NCBI RefSeq assembly: GCF_006345805.1
Contig: NC_042998.1
Location: 154,566,001-154,630,000, forward strand
From: Octopus sinensis
Lineage: Eukaryota
Direction of reading: 5' to 3'
DNA length: 64,000 nucleotides
The notes beneath the pieces are model-generated. The model had not been told where the DNA came from and did not search any database. It was given only the letters and a program-made list of their open reading frames with translations. Position 1 is the stretch's first letter, and every line of letters begins with the position of its first letter. This document shows positions 25,189-38,505 of the stretch, in pieces. Both the position numbers and the translations under genes were made by a program.

Positions 25189-25471
25189 TAAACATTTCAT
25201 AAATGAGGGCAAAGGAAAAAAATTCTAATGCCAAACATGCCGAAAAAGTGGACATATTGTCCATTATCTGACGAAGAGAGGGCTCTTAGTAGCTAACTCT
25301 GAAATCGGTCCGATATGGTAATAATGGAATTTTTTAGAAATTTCTGTCGACCTTTTTTCGAGTAGCATGCGTATTGTGAAAAAACTATATGGTTAATGGA
25401 CAATATGTCCAATTTTTCGGCATATTTGGCATTAGAATTTTTTTCCTTTGCCCTCATTTATGAATTGTTTA
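25189..25471. mobile_element. 283-bp element: 78-bp inverted arms (25189-25266 / 25394-25471) enclosing an HHR
   Basis: The arms differ at 3 of 78 positions. The left end abuts a TA tract. Confidence 0.85.
25260..25328 (+). ncRNA. Type I hammerhead ribozyme, monomer-competent fold
   Basis: Stem I UCCAUUAU/AUAAUGGA (8 bp); CUGACGA at 25268-25274; stem II AGAG/CUCU; GAAA at 25301-25304; stem III AUCG/UGGU; GUA cleavage triplet with predicted cut after A25320. Confidence 0.8.
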
Positions 25472-25569
25472 TTAATTTAACTGTTAAAGATATTTTTTAA
25501 TATGCTGGCCATTGATAAAGTTTTTTACGAGAAAATATTTTTTTTCGAAAAGAATTTTATCCTCCCATT

Positions 25570-25611
<42 letters not shown>

Positions 25612-26543
25612 CAAACTGACGAAAAGAAATTCTTGAAAGTAGTGTGTTAAACATCCAATTCACAGGTAATTCAGTTGGATACCATATAAATATTGATATA
25701 AACTCAATGAGAAATATAAATCAAATTCCATTGACATTCAATAATTTATTTACATTACAATATTGCATTAAATGCTATGAATATAATATATAACATAACA
25801 TAATATTGTATAAATAATTGTAAAAACTATACAAGGCCAACAAATTGTTTTGACTTATATATATATATTTTTTTTTTGATATATAAAATCACAGTTCAAT
25901 TATATGTAAGTCACTTCAGGGTCCCAATGGAAAGACGAAATTCGATCTGGAAAGGATGGCTGGATTGTAAAAATTAATTCAAATGTCTGTGTTATGAGTG
26001 TAAGCGTTAACTATTCAATCTTACATTAATTACAATTACAAAACAACAAAAACATTTTAACGGATGATACAATCAAGTAAGTGCAATCGACAACCATCAA
26101 AATTCACTTCATTATATACCAATTGAAACCCTTTCAAATCCAAGATAGACTTTTGTCATCACAACATACAATAATAATATGTGTGTATATAAATGTATAT
26201 AATTAAGTATCTATGTTTTCTTCTACATGTAACTGCAATAAAAAATATATAAACAATTACATTTTCAATACAACAACTCTTTTATCTATTTAAATTAGTT
26301 GGTATAAAAAAATTGTTTAAATTAACTAATAATAATCTATATTTATTATTTTCTCATAGAGATAATTATGTAGTAGATATGAATAGAAACCTAATGAAAA
26401 TTTCTCCCTTTGTTTACTTAATATATTGCAGGGAGAATTCCATAATTATTGCTTAAATGGACTTCAGATTATAAATGTGATACCCATATATACATGTATA
26501 CATACATACATACATATATATATAAAATAATATAAATTATATA

Positions 26544-26591
<48 letters not shown>

Positions 26592-27237
26592 CATGTACAT
26601 ACCTACATATATATGTATATATACATGCATATATGGGAAAGGATGTCAAAAAAAACTTGAACAAAATGGAAACAAGAACATAAAAAACAAAAACATGGAA
26701 AACAAACTTTTTTCGAACAACGAAAGAAACTAATAGAGGAACGAGACAAGCAACATAAAGAACAATCCCTTTATCAGTTGTCCTCTGTTTTATCTACCCT
26801 ATGTTTAGAATGTTGGGACAAGACGTGACTTTGTTAAAAGAGTCATTCTTGCAAAGCAAATGAAATAAAATTTGGGATTTGCGGAGGGTTAAAGTGGTAA
26901 CAAAACAGTAAAAATAAACAGTAAGGGCTGTTAAGCCATAATGAGGTGAAGTGGTGAATGCTGGAGAAACGAGCTTTGACAGGAGACTGGCAAAAGTGTG
27001 TCTTGTCTCTTGTAAGGCAAGGAGAAGAAAGAAAAATAGCCACTGGTGACATTTAGCAACGAGAGAGTCAAGGAGGAAGAGTGAGGGAGAGAAACAGAAC
27101 TGTGAAGGGGGGAGAAGAATTAGGGAAAGGGTGGGAGAGGGAGAATAGAGATAGTTGTAGAGTGTGCATCAGAATTATTATGATAAAACTTACTTGGAAA
27201 AGGGTGCTTGGTGTTCAATCATATAATAATATAAATA

Positions 27238-27277
<40 letters not shown>

Positions 27278-27313
27278 TCATCATCATCATCGTTTAACGT
27301 CCATATATATATG

Positions 27314-27395
<82 letters not shown>

Positions 27396-27975
27396 ACGTA
27401 CCTACATATATATGTATATATACATGCATATATGGGTACAGGTCATAAAAAATACGTGAACAAAATGAAAAACGAGAACATAAAAAACAAAAACATATAT
27501 TTATATATATTTGAGGCTACAACAATAGAAATTAAATTTACTAATTTTTTAGGGATAACCAGATTTGAAGTTACTTAAAAAAAAGATTATTATTCACACA
27601 CCATGGAAGGGAGAATTTAGTGAATCAACAGAAAACATTAATATAAACCAAACAAGCAACAAGCAATGTTCCTGATAAATTAATCTATGTTATTATTTAT
27701 AAAATGAGGGACCATATATGGTGCATGTCTAAACTTTATCAATACTTTTAGAGGTTACAAACAACATTGTTGTAATAATAATACTATTTATTAACTATAC
27801 AATACTATAATAATTATTATTTTGATTAAATTTATTTAGTAAGTCAAATGTAACTATTTTTTATTATCATATATATATATGTGTGTGTGTGTGTGCATAT
27901 ATATGTATGTATATATATATCGTTGGTGATTTTTTCCCCTCTGCCTTCCCTTCTCTGGATCTTTCCTTCTCCTAT

Positions 27976-28010
27976 GTTTCCGACGAAGAGCTCCACTCGA
28001 AATGTTAAAC
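27976..28010 (+). ncRNA. Degenerate minimal HHR-like motif with variant core CCGACGA, in a PLE terminal fragment (about 27915-28108)
   Basis: Stem I GUUU/AAAC; CCGACGA plus an extra A; stem II GAG/CUC; GAAA-UGU-U. Downstream cctccttct...cctgagcg resembles 19320-19330 and, on the - strand, 38288-38330. Confidence 0.45.
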
Positions 28011-28104
28011 CCTCCTTCTTTCCTTCTTTCCTGAGCGTCCAATAATACTATATTTGTTCCACGTCCTCGCGTTGTTGTGTTTTTTTGTGCTTTCTTGTTC
28101 GGAT

Positions 28105-28143
<39 letters not shown>

Positions 28144-28145
<2 letters not shown>

Positions 28146-31100
28146 TCATCATCATCGTTTAACATCCGTTTTCCGCGCTAGCACGGGTTGGACGGTTCGA
28201 CCGGGGTCTGGGCTGCCCCAGGCTCCAGTCTGATCTGGCAGTGTTTCTACAGCTGGATGCCCTTCCTAACGCCAACCACTCCGCGAGTGTAGTGGGTGCT
28301 TTTTACGTGCCACCTGCACAGGTGCCAGAGGGGTCTGGCATCGGCCACGATCGGTTGGTGCTTTTTTATGTGCCACCGGCACAGAAGCCAGTCAAGGCGG
28401 TGCTGGCATCGGCCACGTTCGGATGGTGCTTTTTATGTGCCACCGGCACAGAAGCCATTCGAGGCAGGGTTGGCATCGGTCACATTCGGATGGTGCTTTT
28501 TATGTGCCACCGGCATAGAAGCCAGTGGAGGCTGCACTGGCAACGGCCACGTTCGGATGGTGCTTTTTATGTGTCACCGGCACAGGTATCACAACTACTG
28601 TTTCCATTGATATTTGGTTCAATGTTCATGTACATGCACTTGACTCAACAGGTCTCCTCAAGCACAGCGAGATGTTCCGGGATCCCACGATCGGTTGGTG
28701 CTTTTTATGTGCCACCGGCACAGAAGCCAGTCGAGGCGGTGCTGGCGTCGGCCACGCTCAGATGGTGCTTTTTATGTGCCACCGGCACAGAAGCCAGTCG
28801 GGGCTGTGCTGGCATCGGCCACGTTCGGATGGTGCTTTTTATGTGCCACCGGCACAGAAGCCATTCGAGGTGGGGTTGGCATCGGTCACGTTCGGATGGT
28901 GCTTTTTATGTGCCACCGGCACAGAAGCCAGTGGAGGCTGCACTCTTTCGGATGGTGCTTTTTATGTGTCACCGGCACAGGTATCACAACTACTGTTTCC
29001 ATTGATATTTGGTTTGATGTTCATGTACATGCACTTGACTCAACAGGTCTCCTCAAGCACAGTGAGATGTTCCGGGATCCCACGATCGGTTGGTACTTTT
29101 TATGTTCCACCGGCACAGAAGCCAGTCGGGGTGGTGCTGGCATCGGCCACGTTCGGATGGTGCTTTTTATGTGCCACCGGCACAGAAGCCATTCGAGGCG
29201 GGGTTGGCATCGGCCACGTTCGGATGGTGCTTTTTATGTGCCACTGGCACAGAAGCCAGTGGAGGCTGCACTGGCAACGGCCACGTTCGGATGGTGCTTT
29301 TTATGTGACACCGGCACAGGTATCACAACTACTGTTTCCATTGATATTTGGTTCGATGTTCATGTGCTACCGGCACAGAAGCCATTCGAGGCGGGGTTGG
29401 CATCGGTCACGTTCAGATGGTGCTTTTTATGTGCCACCGGCACAGAAGCCAGTGGAGGCTGCACTGGCAACGGCCACGTTCGGATGGTGCTTTTTATGTG
29501 TCACCGGCACAGGTATCACAACTACTGTTTCCATTGATATTTGGTTCGATGTTCATGTACATGCACTTGACTCAACAGGTCTCCTCAAGCACAGCGAGAT
29601 ATTCCGGGATCCTACGATCGGTTTGTGCTTTTTATGTGCCACCGGCACAGAAGCCAGTCAAGGCAGTGCTGGCATCGGCCACGTTCGGATGGTGCTTTTT
29701 ATGTGCCACCGGCACAGAAGCCAGTCAAGGTGGTGCTGGCATCGGCCACGTTCGGATGGTGCTATTTATGTGCCACCGGCACAGAAGCCATTCATGGCGG
29801 GGTTGGCATCGGTCCACGTTCGGATGGTGCTTTTTGTGTGCCACCGGCACAGAAGCCAGTGGAGGCTGCACTAGCAACGGCCACATTCGGATGGTGCTTT
29901 TTATGTGTCACCGGCACAGGTATCACAGCTACTGTTTCCATTGATATTTGGTTCGATGTTCATGTATATGCACTTGACTCGACAGGTCTCCTCAAGCACA
30001 GTGAGATGTTCTGGGATCCAAGGTACTTTGGATGGGCAGGGGGTATGCGGAACTGGTGCCGGAAGCATCCCGGGTCTTAGTAGTCACAGCACATCTCCAG
30101 AGATCTCGCTCCTTCGCCATTGCTTCAGTGAGGCCCAACGCTCTGAGGTCATACTTGACTACCTCATCCCATGTCTTCCTGGGTCTACCTCTCCCCTTGA
30201 TTCCTTCAACTGTTCGGGAGTGGCACTTCTTCACACATCTCTCCTCATCCATCCGCAGTACATGACCATACCATCGCAAGCGTCGCTCTTGCACACCGCA
30301 TCTGATGCTTCTTATGCCTAGCATTTCTCTCAGGATGCTTACACTCTGTCGTACATTCACACTGACATTACACATCCAGCGGATCATGCTAGCTTCATTT
30401 CTTTCAAGTCTACGCATGTCCTCTGCAGTCACGGCCCATGTTTCACTGCCGTGAAGCATGGCAGTTCGCACACATGCATCATACAATCTACCTTTCACTC
30501 TGAGTGAGAGACCCTTTGTCGCCAGTAGGGGTAGGAGCTTTCTAAACTTTGCCCAGGCTATTCGTATTCTAGTGGTGACACTCTCTGAGCATCCACCTCC
30601 ACTACTAACTTGGTCACCCAGGTAGCGGAAACTATCAACTACTTCTAGTTTCTCCCCCTGGAGTGTGATGGAATCTGTTTTTTGAGTGTCTGTGGTGTCT
30701 ATTGTCCCTGTGCATCTGCCGCACATGAAAGCTATCTTATCAGTTAATTTCCCTTTGATGTTGCTGCACCTCTTATGCGTCCATAGCTTACACTGGGTGC
30801 ATCTTATGGAGTTTCTACCTACACCTTTCCTACAGCTCAAGCAGGGCCACCTGCCCGATGGGGTGTGTGCTGAGTTCGCCTTTCTGCATACTATAACTTT
30901 GGTCTTCGCTACATTTACTCTAAGGCCCTTAGATTCTAACCCTTGTTTCCACACCCGAAATTTCTTTTTTAGTTCCGGTAGTGATTCTGCTATGAGGGCC
31001 AGGTCATCAGCATAGAGGAGCTCCCAGGGTAACCTGTTTTGAATTCCTCTGTTATTGCCTGGAGGACTATGATGAATAAAAGGGGACTGAGGGCCGAGCC

Positions 31101-32999
31101 CTGGTGTACACCTACTTCTACCCGGAATTCTTCACTATATTCGTTGCCAATCCTAACCTTGCTGACAGCCTCTCTGTATAGAGCCTGTACAGCCCTTATT
31201 AGCCATTCGTCAATCAACAGTTTCCGTATCGACCATCAGATAAGGGATCGGGGAACCCTGTCAAAGGCTTTCTCCAAGTCCACAAAAGCTATGTAGAGGG
31301 GTTTATCTTTAGCTAGGTACTTCTGCAGTTGTCGAACCAGGAATATAGCATCAGTGGTGCTTCTACCTGGCACAAAACCGAACTGCATCTCATCTAAGCA
31401 AATTCTCTCCCTAATGAGATGGGTTATGACCCTCTCTGTGGTCTTCATCACCTGATCCAACAGTTTAATACCCCTGTAGTTATTTCTATCTAGAGCATCA
31501 CCCTTACCCTTGTAGCAGTTGACTATGGTGCTGCTACGCCAGTCATTGGGTATGACTCCATTATGAACTACCTGGTTAACAATACGGGTGACTAGGCCAT
31601 AGCCCGCATAACCAGCTGTTTTAAGCATCTCAGCAGTGATTCCTGATGGGCCGGGGGCTTTACCCGGTTTCATATCCTTAATTGCTTTATCTACTAGGGA
31701 GCTGTCTATTCGGATAGCTGGTCCCTCTACTGGGTCAACATTTGGCAGGCTCTCCTCCTCCCATTCATTCTCCACATTCAGCAGTCTTTCATAATGGCTT
31801 CTCCAAGCCTCTTTCTTTTCACCAACATTAAAGGCAAGTGCCCCATCATCCATGCGGACACATTTCTCTCCTGTAACATCAGTATTTTCTCTCACACACT
31901 GTCTAGCAATACGAAATACCTCAGTTCTTTGGTCCTCACGTTGCTGGACATTGGCAAACTTCTTCTTTTCTGCTATATCTTTGGCTATGTATACCTGCCA
32001 CCCAGCCTCCCTTTTGGCTACTTGGTACGGTTCCCTGCTACCCCCATCCTTCCAGGCTCTTCAGGCCTGTTTCTTAGAACTAATGGCTTTGTCTACTGCA
32101 CTATTCCACCACCACGTAAGTCTAGGTCTGGAAGGAACTTTGCAGCATCCACAGACTTGGTCTGTGGCACTCAGCAAGCTGTCCCGTAGGAACTTCCAGC
32201 TACCTTCTATGTCCGACGTCTGTAGCTCCTCCTCCCTCTCATCAAATTTCTTGATGAGGATGTCCCTAAATCTCTGACCATGTGAAGGGTTCTTTAGCTT
32301 CCAAATCCTTCTTTTCTGGATTGGTCTGTTTCTTGGAGTCCTTCTGGCCTCAAGCCTAAAGTCACTAGTTATTAGCCTATGCTGAGGGATACACTCTTCA
32401 CCCGGGAGGGTCTTTGTATTTAAGAGCGACCCTGCATCCTGCTGTCTGGTGAGGATGAAGTCTATTTGGCTAGCGGAGTCCCCTGACTGATAAGTTATAA
32501 GGTGGCAGTCAGGCTTCCTGAAGTTAGTGTTGCAGATTAAAAGGTTACATGCATCACAGAATTCCAGTAGTCTAGTTCCTTCCTCATTTCTGGTGCCAAT
32601 ACCATGGCCACCGTGAACCCCAGTGAAGATACCTGATTCCCGCCCAACATGCCCATTAAAGTCTCCACCCACAAAGATGAGGTCCTTGCCACTAGTCTTT
32701 GAGGTAGCCTGTAGAAGGGTATCATAAAAGTGGTCCTTCTGATCATTTGGTAGGCCTGCTTGTGGGGCATAGGCGGAGATAATCATAGCTGTGCCACTCT
32801 GTAGGACTAACCTGAGCTTAAGCACTCTGTCGCAAACCCTGACAACCTCTATGACCTTATCCACCTATTTCTCTGCAAGGAGAATGCCTACACCCCCTAC
32901 CCCATCCATGTTACCTTGCCAGAAGACTTTATACCTATGTGCCTTGCCTGTGAGGACCCTGGCTGAAGCACCTCTCCACCTTACCTCTTGTATGCAGCA
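28144..32999 (-). mobile_element. RTE-clade LINE, slightly 5'-truncated, with expanded 3' UTR
   Basis: ORFs 32061..32864 (APE), 31236..31895, 30990..31217 and 29992..30954 (RT and C-terminus). The 3' UTR runs through the minisatellite to (GAT)n at 28144. Confidence 0.93.
28300..29950. repeat. Minisatellite in the RTE 3' UTR: 67-bp monomer with higher-order blocks
   Basis: cggatggtgctttttatgtgccaccggcacagaagcc recurs at 28420, 28487 and 28554 (period 67). The marker acaggtatcac recurs at about 28582, 28977, 29316, 29509 and 29916. Confidence 0.92.
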
Positions 33000-33017
33000 T
33001 ATATATATATATATATA

Positions 33018-33500
<483 letters not shown>

Positions 33501-33789
33501 TATACATACATATACATACATATACACACATACACACACATGCATGTACACACATAGATAAGTATATGTATATACATACACATATATAAACACATATATT
33601 TAATTTCAATTTGCCATGTAGACATAATACAGAGGGGACGAACAAGGACAGACAAACATAGAATGGTGAAGTAGCTTAAAGCGTTGTTATGAATCGATTA
33701 AAAATATGTAAAAAGTGAAAAATTTAATCTAAAATAAAATACATTGCATTATGCAATGTGACACCGAAGGAAAGGCATCCAACATCAGG

Positions 33790-36700
33790 GTAGGGCTTTT
33801 GCTTTTCTTCCAGGGCTCCACTTACTTGGTGCCAATCACTCCCAGCTTTCTTACCACAGGCTTCCATCTCTTCTCAAATTTCTCACGTGACAGGTACCTC
33901 TTCTCCAGCCTGATCTTGCTGCTGAGGTAGTAACTAAAAAAGTTGACCAACCCCTGGCTGGATACAAAGGTACCTGTCACAATCCCTTTCACATGTGTCT
34001 TCCATACCATTTCTTTTTAAATGGCTACCACACAGTAAAAACAGGCCTTCCTTTCTCCGCTAAGGGAAGAAGGCACAATCTCGATGATGGCTGTAATAGC
34101 TATAATCTTCCCATTGATGACAACAGTTGTTCTGTGAAAACTATCAGTCCCAATAATTTTGGACATTTCACAAATGTGCATAAGACGGTTTCCCTGTCCT
34201 GCCTGCACCTCGGATATGTTGGTGAGACGGCACTTCCATGCCTTGACAGCTTATCATGAACCAGTAATGCTGCATGGAAGCACTGCCAAGCCAGGGATTT
34301 CTGGTAATTATCCAGATACCCTGGCCCGAACGTTCTCCTGAACAGGTTGATCAACTGATTTTCATCGTAGCTCAGGGTCTCCCCCCCACCCAGGTGTCTT
34401 CAGATATGAATCCCACTAACCAGCTATAAAAATCCGCTGTGGAACTTTTGTTGCCAGCATTGCCTACCCGAGAGAGTAGCTGAAGTGCCTGATGGCACTC
34501 CAGTTGCCATTCCTCTAGCCTAGGTCTCTGCTTGATCCATGTATCAATGTCCATTAAGGATGTTAACCTCGGAAGGTAGAGGTAAAGCTAGAAGTGCCTC
34601 AGCCTTAATGCGAATTTTTGCATCCTCAGCCAAAGCATCCCTAGCCCATCCTTTAGTGGCTTCTGGCAGCAGACAGAGTGCTTCACAAGAGGCTTTCCTC
34701 CTTTCCATAGAAAGTGGAAAAGGATTCTCTCCAAATTTTTCAGCCACAAATCAGGGCAAGGCACCACGGTCAGTCGGTAGTTGATAACAGATGTTGTAAA
34801 CATCTGCACTACCTCTGCCTTTCTCTAGCAAGGATAATGCCCGCCCAGACCAGGTCTGGGTTAGAGCAGTCACCTTACTGGCTACCTCACTCCAATATTT
34901 CTCTATCTGCAGCTTAACAGGACCTTCTGTCCAACGCCCTACAACGATGTTATCGGGTGTCATTGGCTTGCCTCTCCAGGTGCCGAGTTGCAAACTGACT
35001 GACTTGGCCTTATTAACCTTTGCTCCTGCCACCACTTCGTAAGTTTTGATGGCCTTTTCCACCACTGGAAGCTGGCTCTCATCCACCACGATGATGAAGA
35101 TGTCATCTGCATATGCCGTAGCTCCACCTCTGCACCACAGATCATTCGATGCACCCCCTAGTGCTTCCAACTTCCACAGCAATGGCTAAAGAGCCAGTAA
35201 ATACAAAAGTGGAGACAGGGGACACCCCTCACGCACTGAGCATTCAATCCTGAATGGTTTTGAGAAGAATCCATTCACTTTGACTGCAGACTTGATGTTG
35301 CTGTACAAAGCAGCAATCCAACCGTGGAAGGTCGGCCTCAAGCCAGCCTTCTCGCGGACTGCTGCCAAGTACTGATGGTCAACCCTATCAAATGCTTTAG
35401 ACTGGTCTAAATGTACCAGTGCCCCTCCTGCACCAGAAAGATTTCCTATCCTCTCTAAGGTGTAGCGTAGAAGATGGAGATATCCATGGATTGACCTGCC
35501 TGTCATAGACAGACTTGTAGGGAAGGTGCAAGTTTGCGCCCTCCCTACAAGTCTATCCACGACTCATGCCAACCGTTTCACTAATACCTTGGCCAAAATT
35601 TTTAACTGTGTTTAGTAGAGTTATGGGCCGGAAGTTACTAATCTTGTCCACCTTGCTTGGGTCCTTTCTGATCAGCATCACCACCCCTTGGCTTGCAGAC
35701 TTAGGAATTCTCCCATTCTGCTGCCAGTTGGCATAAACATTGGCCAGCATGTGCCCGAACAAGTCTGGCATATCCTTATATAATTCATAGGGCAGACCAT
35801 CGAGACCCAGTAACTTCTCCCCAGGGCATTTGCCTAGCACCTCGATCACCCCCTTGGTTGTGATTGGCCCTTCACAGCACTCAGCCTCTCATGCCGAGAG
35901 ATGCAGGCCACCAGACAGGAAGTCCCTAAGGGCCTCACCATGATCCAGCCTCCTGCTCCTCCCGAACAACTCGGCAAAGTGCTTGTAAAGTGCCACACAC
36001 ATCTCATCCTGTCCTTCAACCAAACTCCCACTATCATCAGAGACCTAATTGTGGTATCATTGCCATGCTGGGTATCTACTGTACAGGCCCATCCAGCAAC
36101 ATTAATTTCCTCATGGCTCAATGCTCACACTTTAGCCCAGACTCTACATCCCTCATGTTTGGCTTTGAGGTGACAGTCCAAGGCCATTCTTGCTGTCAAA
36201 ATGTAGGATGCAGAGCACAACCTCAACGCCTCCTCTAAGTCCTTAACTAGTTTCCCTTGTATTCTAGCCTTGTCTTGTCGTAGCTGATGGCTAAACCTAA
36301 CAGACTCAAAATGAATGGCTCTTTTCAGGGTGAACCACCACCGGTTATTAACCACAGAGCCGATTAATGCCCTCTGTACTAGTTCCTTAATCCAGCTACA
36401 GTATGCCTCGCAAGTCTAAATAGACTTGTTCAGCTTCCAGTAACTGGATACTATCTACGTTAAGCCTACAGTTAACCATTCTGTGGACAACTAAAGCTAG
36501 CCTTATCTATAGCTCTTATCACTATCCTATCTAAGTAAGACTTGAACCTTCCATCGCCATTCATCCAGGTCCACTCTGGGATGTTTGGATGGTCAAGTCT
36601 GTAACGATCTGCTAGCTGAAATCGCTAAAGCAAATCTATGAGATGTGAGTTTGTTTTCCTATCAATCAAGCCAACGCTATCAATATGTGCATCAACGATC

Positions 36701-38040
36701 GCATTATAGTCACCTAACACCACTAATGTTTTCAACATTACGAGAAAGTTCTCCAGGTGCTGATAAAAATCAGTTTGTAATCCTAGCACAGGATGCATAG
36801 ATTCCAATCAATCTGAAGGCTCTACCACTGTACATCATACCAAGGACGACCAGTCCACCTTCAGGGTCCTCATAGGCTGTACTTGTCTGCAGAGTCAAGT
36901 CTGTTCAGATGAATACCACTACACCCCCTTGACCCCCTGGTCTGGCTAGGAGACATGATTTTCTCATAGCTATTCAGGAGGGACGAGAAGTTTTGTAGAC
37001 TGTCCAGCTTCATCTCCTTAGCAACCATCACATGTATATCGTGTGATCTGGGGTTGTCGAGGAGGCAAGCTTGCTTCCACTTCAAGCTCAGACCACGTAC
37101 ATTTAAGCACCCCAAGTTAAGTGAAGCCATAAACCTGGGAGAAAAAAAATAAAGGCTCTACTTACCCTTACTTGGAGATGCTGGAGCCGACCTCACCAAA
37201 CATGAGTCGGGTCCCCTTCTTTTTGTCCTTCTCCAGACCTGATGCCTCTCAGATGCCTATCCTTCATCTGCCTGTATGGGGTTACCCCCATCCAGGCACG
37301 TGTGTCGTTATTTGGATGCAAAAGTTTCATCATATGGTGTTGTGGAATTTGTCTTTTCAAATAATCGTCTTTAGTGTCATACTTGGTTAAAATTATTTCT
37401 TAATTGTTCTTTTGTGTTTTCTTTTCCGGGATGGTGGAGCGGGTTTTTTTTTGTATGGTTGTCTTTTTTCTTGTGGGGGATGTGGGTGGGGAAGTTACAT
37501 TTAAACATTTACGAATTCCCTTTCGGACACCTCCATGCGGACGTTATATTTGAAACACAAGGTGCCTTAGAAACCAAGGGGGCAGGGGGTTTTATTAATG
37601 TGGGGGCTTGTGTATGCTGTGGTTGGGTCTTTTCATTACTTTGTTTGGTGGGTGGCACCACAACAGGGGGAGTGGGAGTATTTGTTTTTGTGGGGGCTGG
37701 TGTGGGTTTGGAGATGTTTTGAATAGTTGCGGGGACTGGTGTCTGTAACAGTTTTTTCGATTTTTCTTCTTTTCCTCCTCATCTTTTTTACTTCACAATC
37801 TCCATGTGCTTCGACGGAGAGAGCAGTTGCTTGTTCGACTTCGCCAGGTAGTGTTGGTCGTTTATTGATGATGTGTTCAGAATCAGTTCTACCAATGAGC
37901 ATAGACGCATTTTATGCGGTAAGTGCGAAATCACAGGTGATATAGGACTAAATTCATTTTTTAAATGTCTTGCTTTGAAAAACTGCATTGTGAATTTTTG
38001 GTAGTAATGACTTATGTCCCTCTTAATGTGAGGCATTTAT
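33790..38040 (-). mobile_element. Heavily decayed L1/Tx1-type LINE
   Basis: APE start MASLNLGCLNVRGL (36870..37130), VVLGDYNA, GLDGLPYELY and NFRPITLLN (35553..35849), LDQSKAFDRVDH and GCPLSPLLY (35186..35560), AYADD (34751..35182), and a CPRC knuckle (34100..34354). The ORF1 region and boundaries are uncertain. Confidence 0.82.
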
Positions 38041-38220
38041 GTGTAATAATGCCCTCTATATAATATAAATTAATATGTTCAAATGAAAAAAATTATTTTC
38101 GAATTTTTCTCTTATGAGGTTTTTCACGCTAACTACCTGATAATTTCTTGTTAAGATCCCTTATTAAGAGGTTATCCTTAATTGTTAAATATAAATATAT
38201 ACATATATATATATATATAA

Positions 38221-38340
38221 AGTTAATCCAAACAAGAAAACAAAAAAGACAACAACGCAAAAAGTGGAACAATTAAAGTATTATTAGGCGCTCAGGAAAA
38301 AAGGGAAGAAGGAGGGTATGACATTTCGAGCAGAGCTCTG
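38221..38340 (-). mobile_element. PLE terminal-repeat fragment, same family as 27915-28108, with only the 3' half of the HHR
   Basis: The reverse complement reads gagctctgctcgaaatgtcataccctccttcttccc...cctgagcgcc...ttggattaac, ending at a TA tract. Confidence 0.6.
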
Positions 38341-38474
38341 TGTGCATGTGTGTAAGTATATATGTATGTGCATATATGTGTGTGTGTGTATGCATGTGTG
38401 TGTATGTAGGTGTGTAGGCGTGTGTGTATAGGTGTATGTGTGTATGTATGTATGGGTGTGTGTCTGTGTATGTT

Positions 38475-38505
<31 letters not shown>

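Noticed and set aside
26640-26830. Possible HHR on - (ctgataa... preceded by taaac)
   Set aside because: The core is mutated and no consistent three-stem fold could be built. It is probably a decayed PLE terminal fragment.
28241-30080. CRISPR-like appearance and Cys/His-rich ORFs
   Set aside because: The 'spacers' are recurrent variants of one another, the array lies within an RTE 3' UTR, there are no cas genes, and the ORFs are repeat translations.
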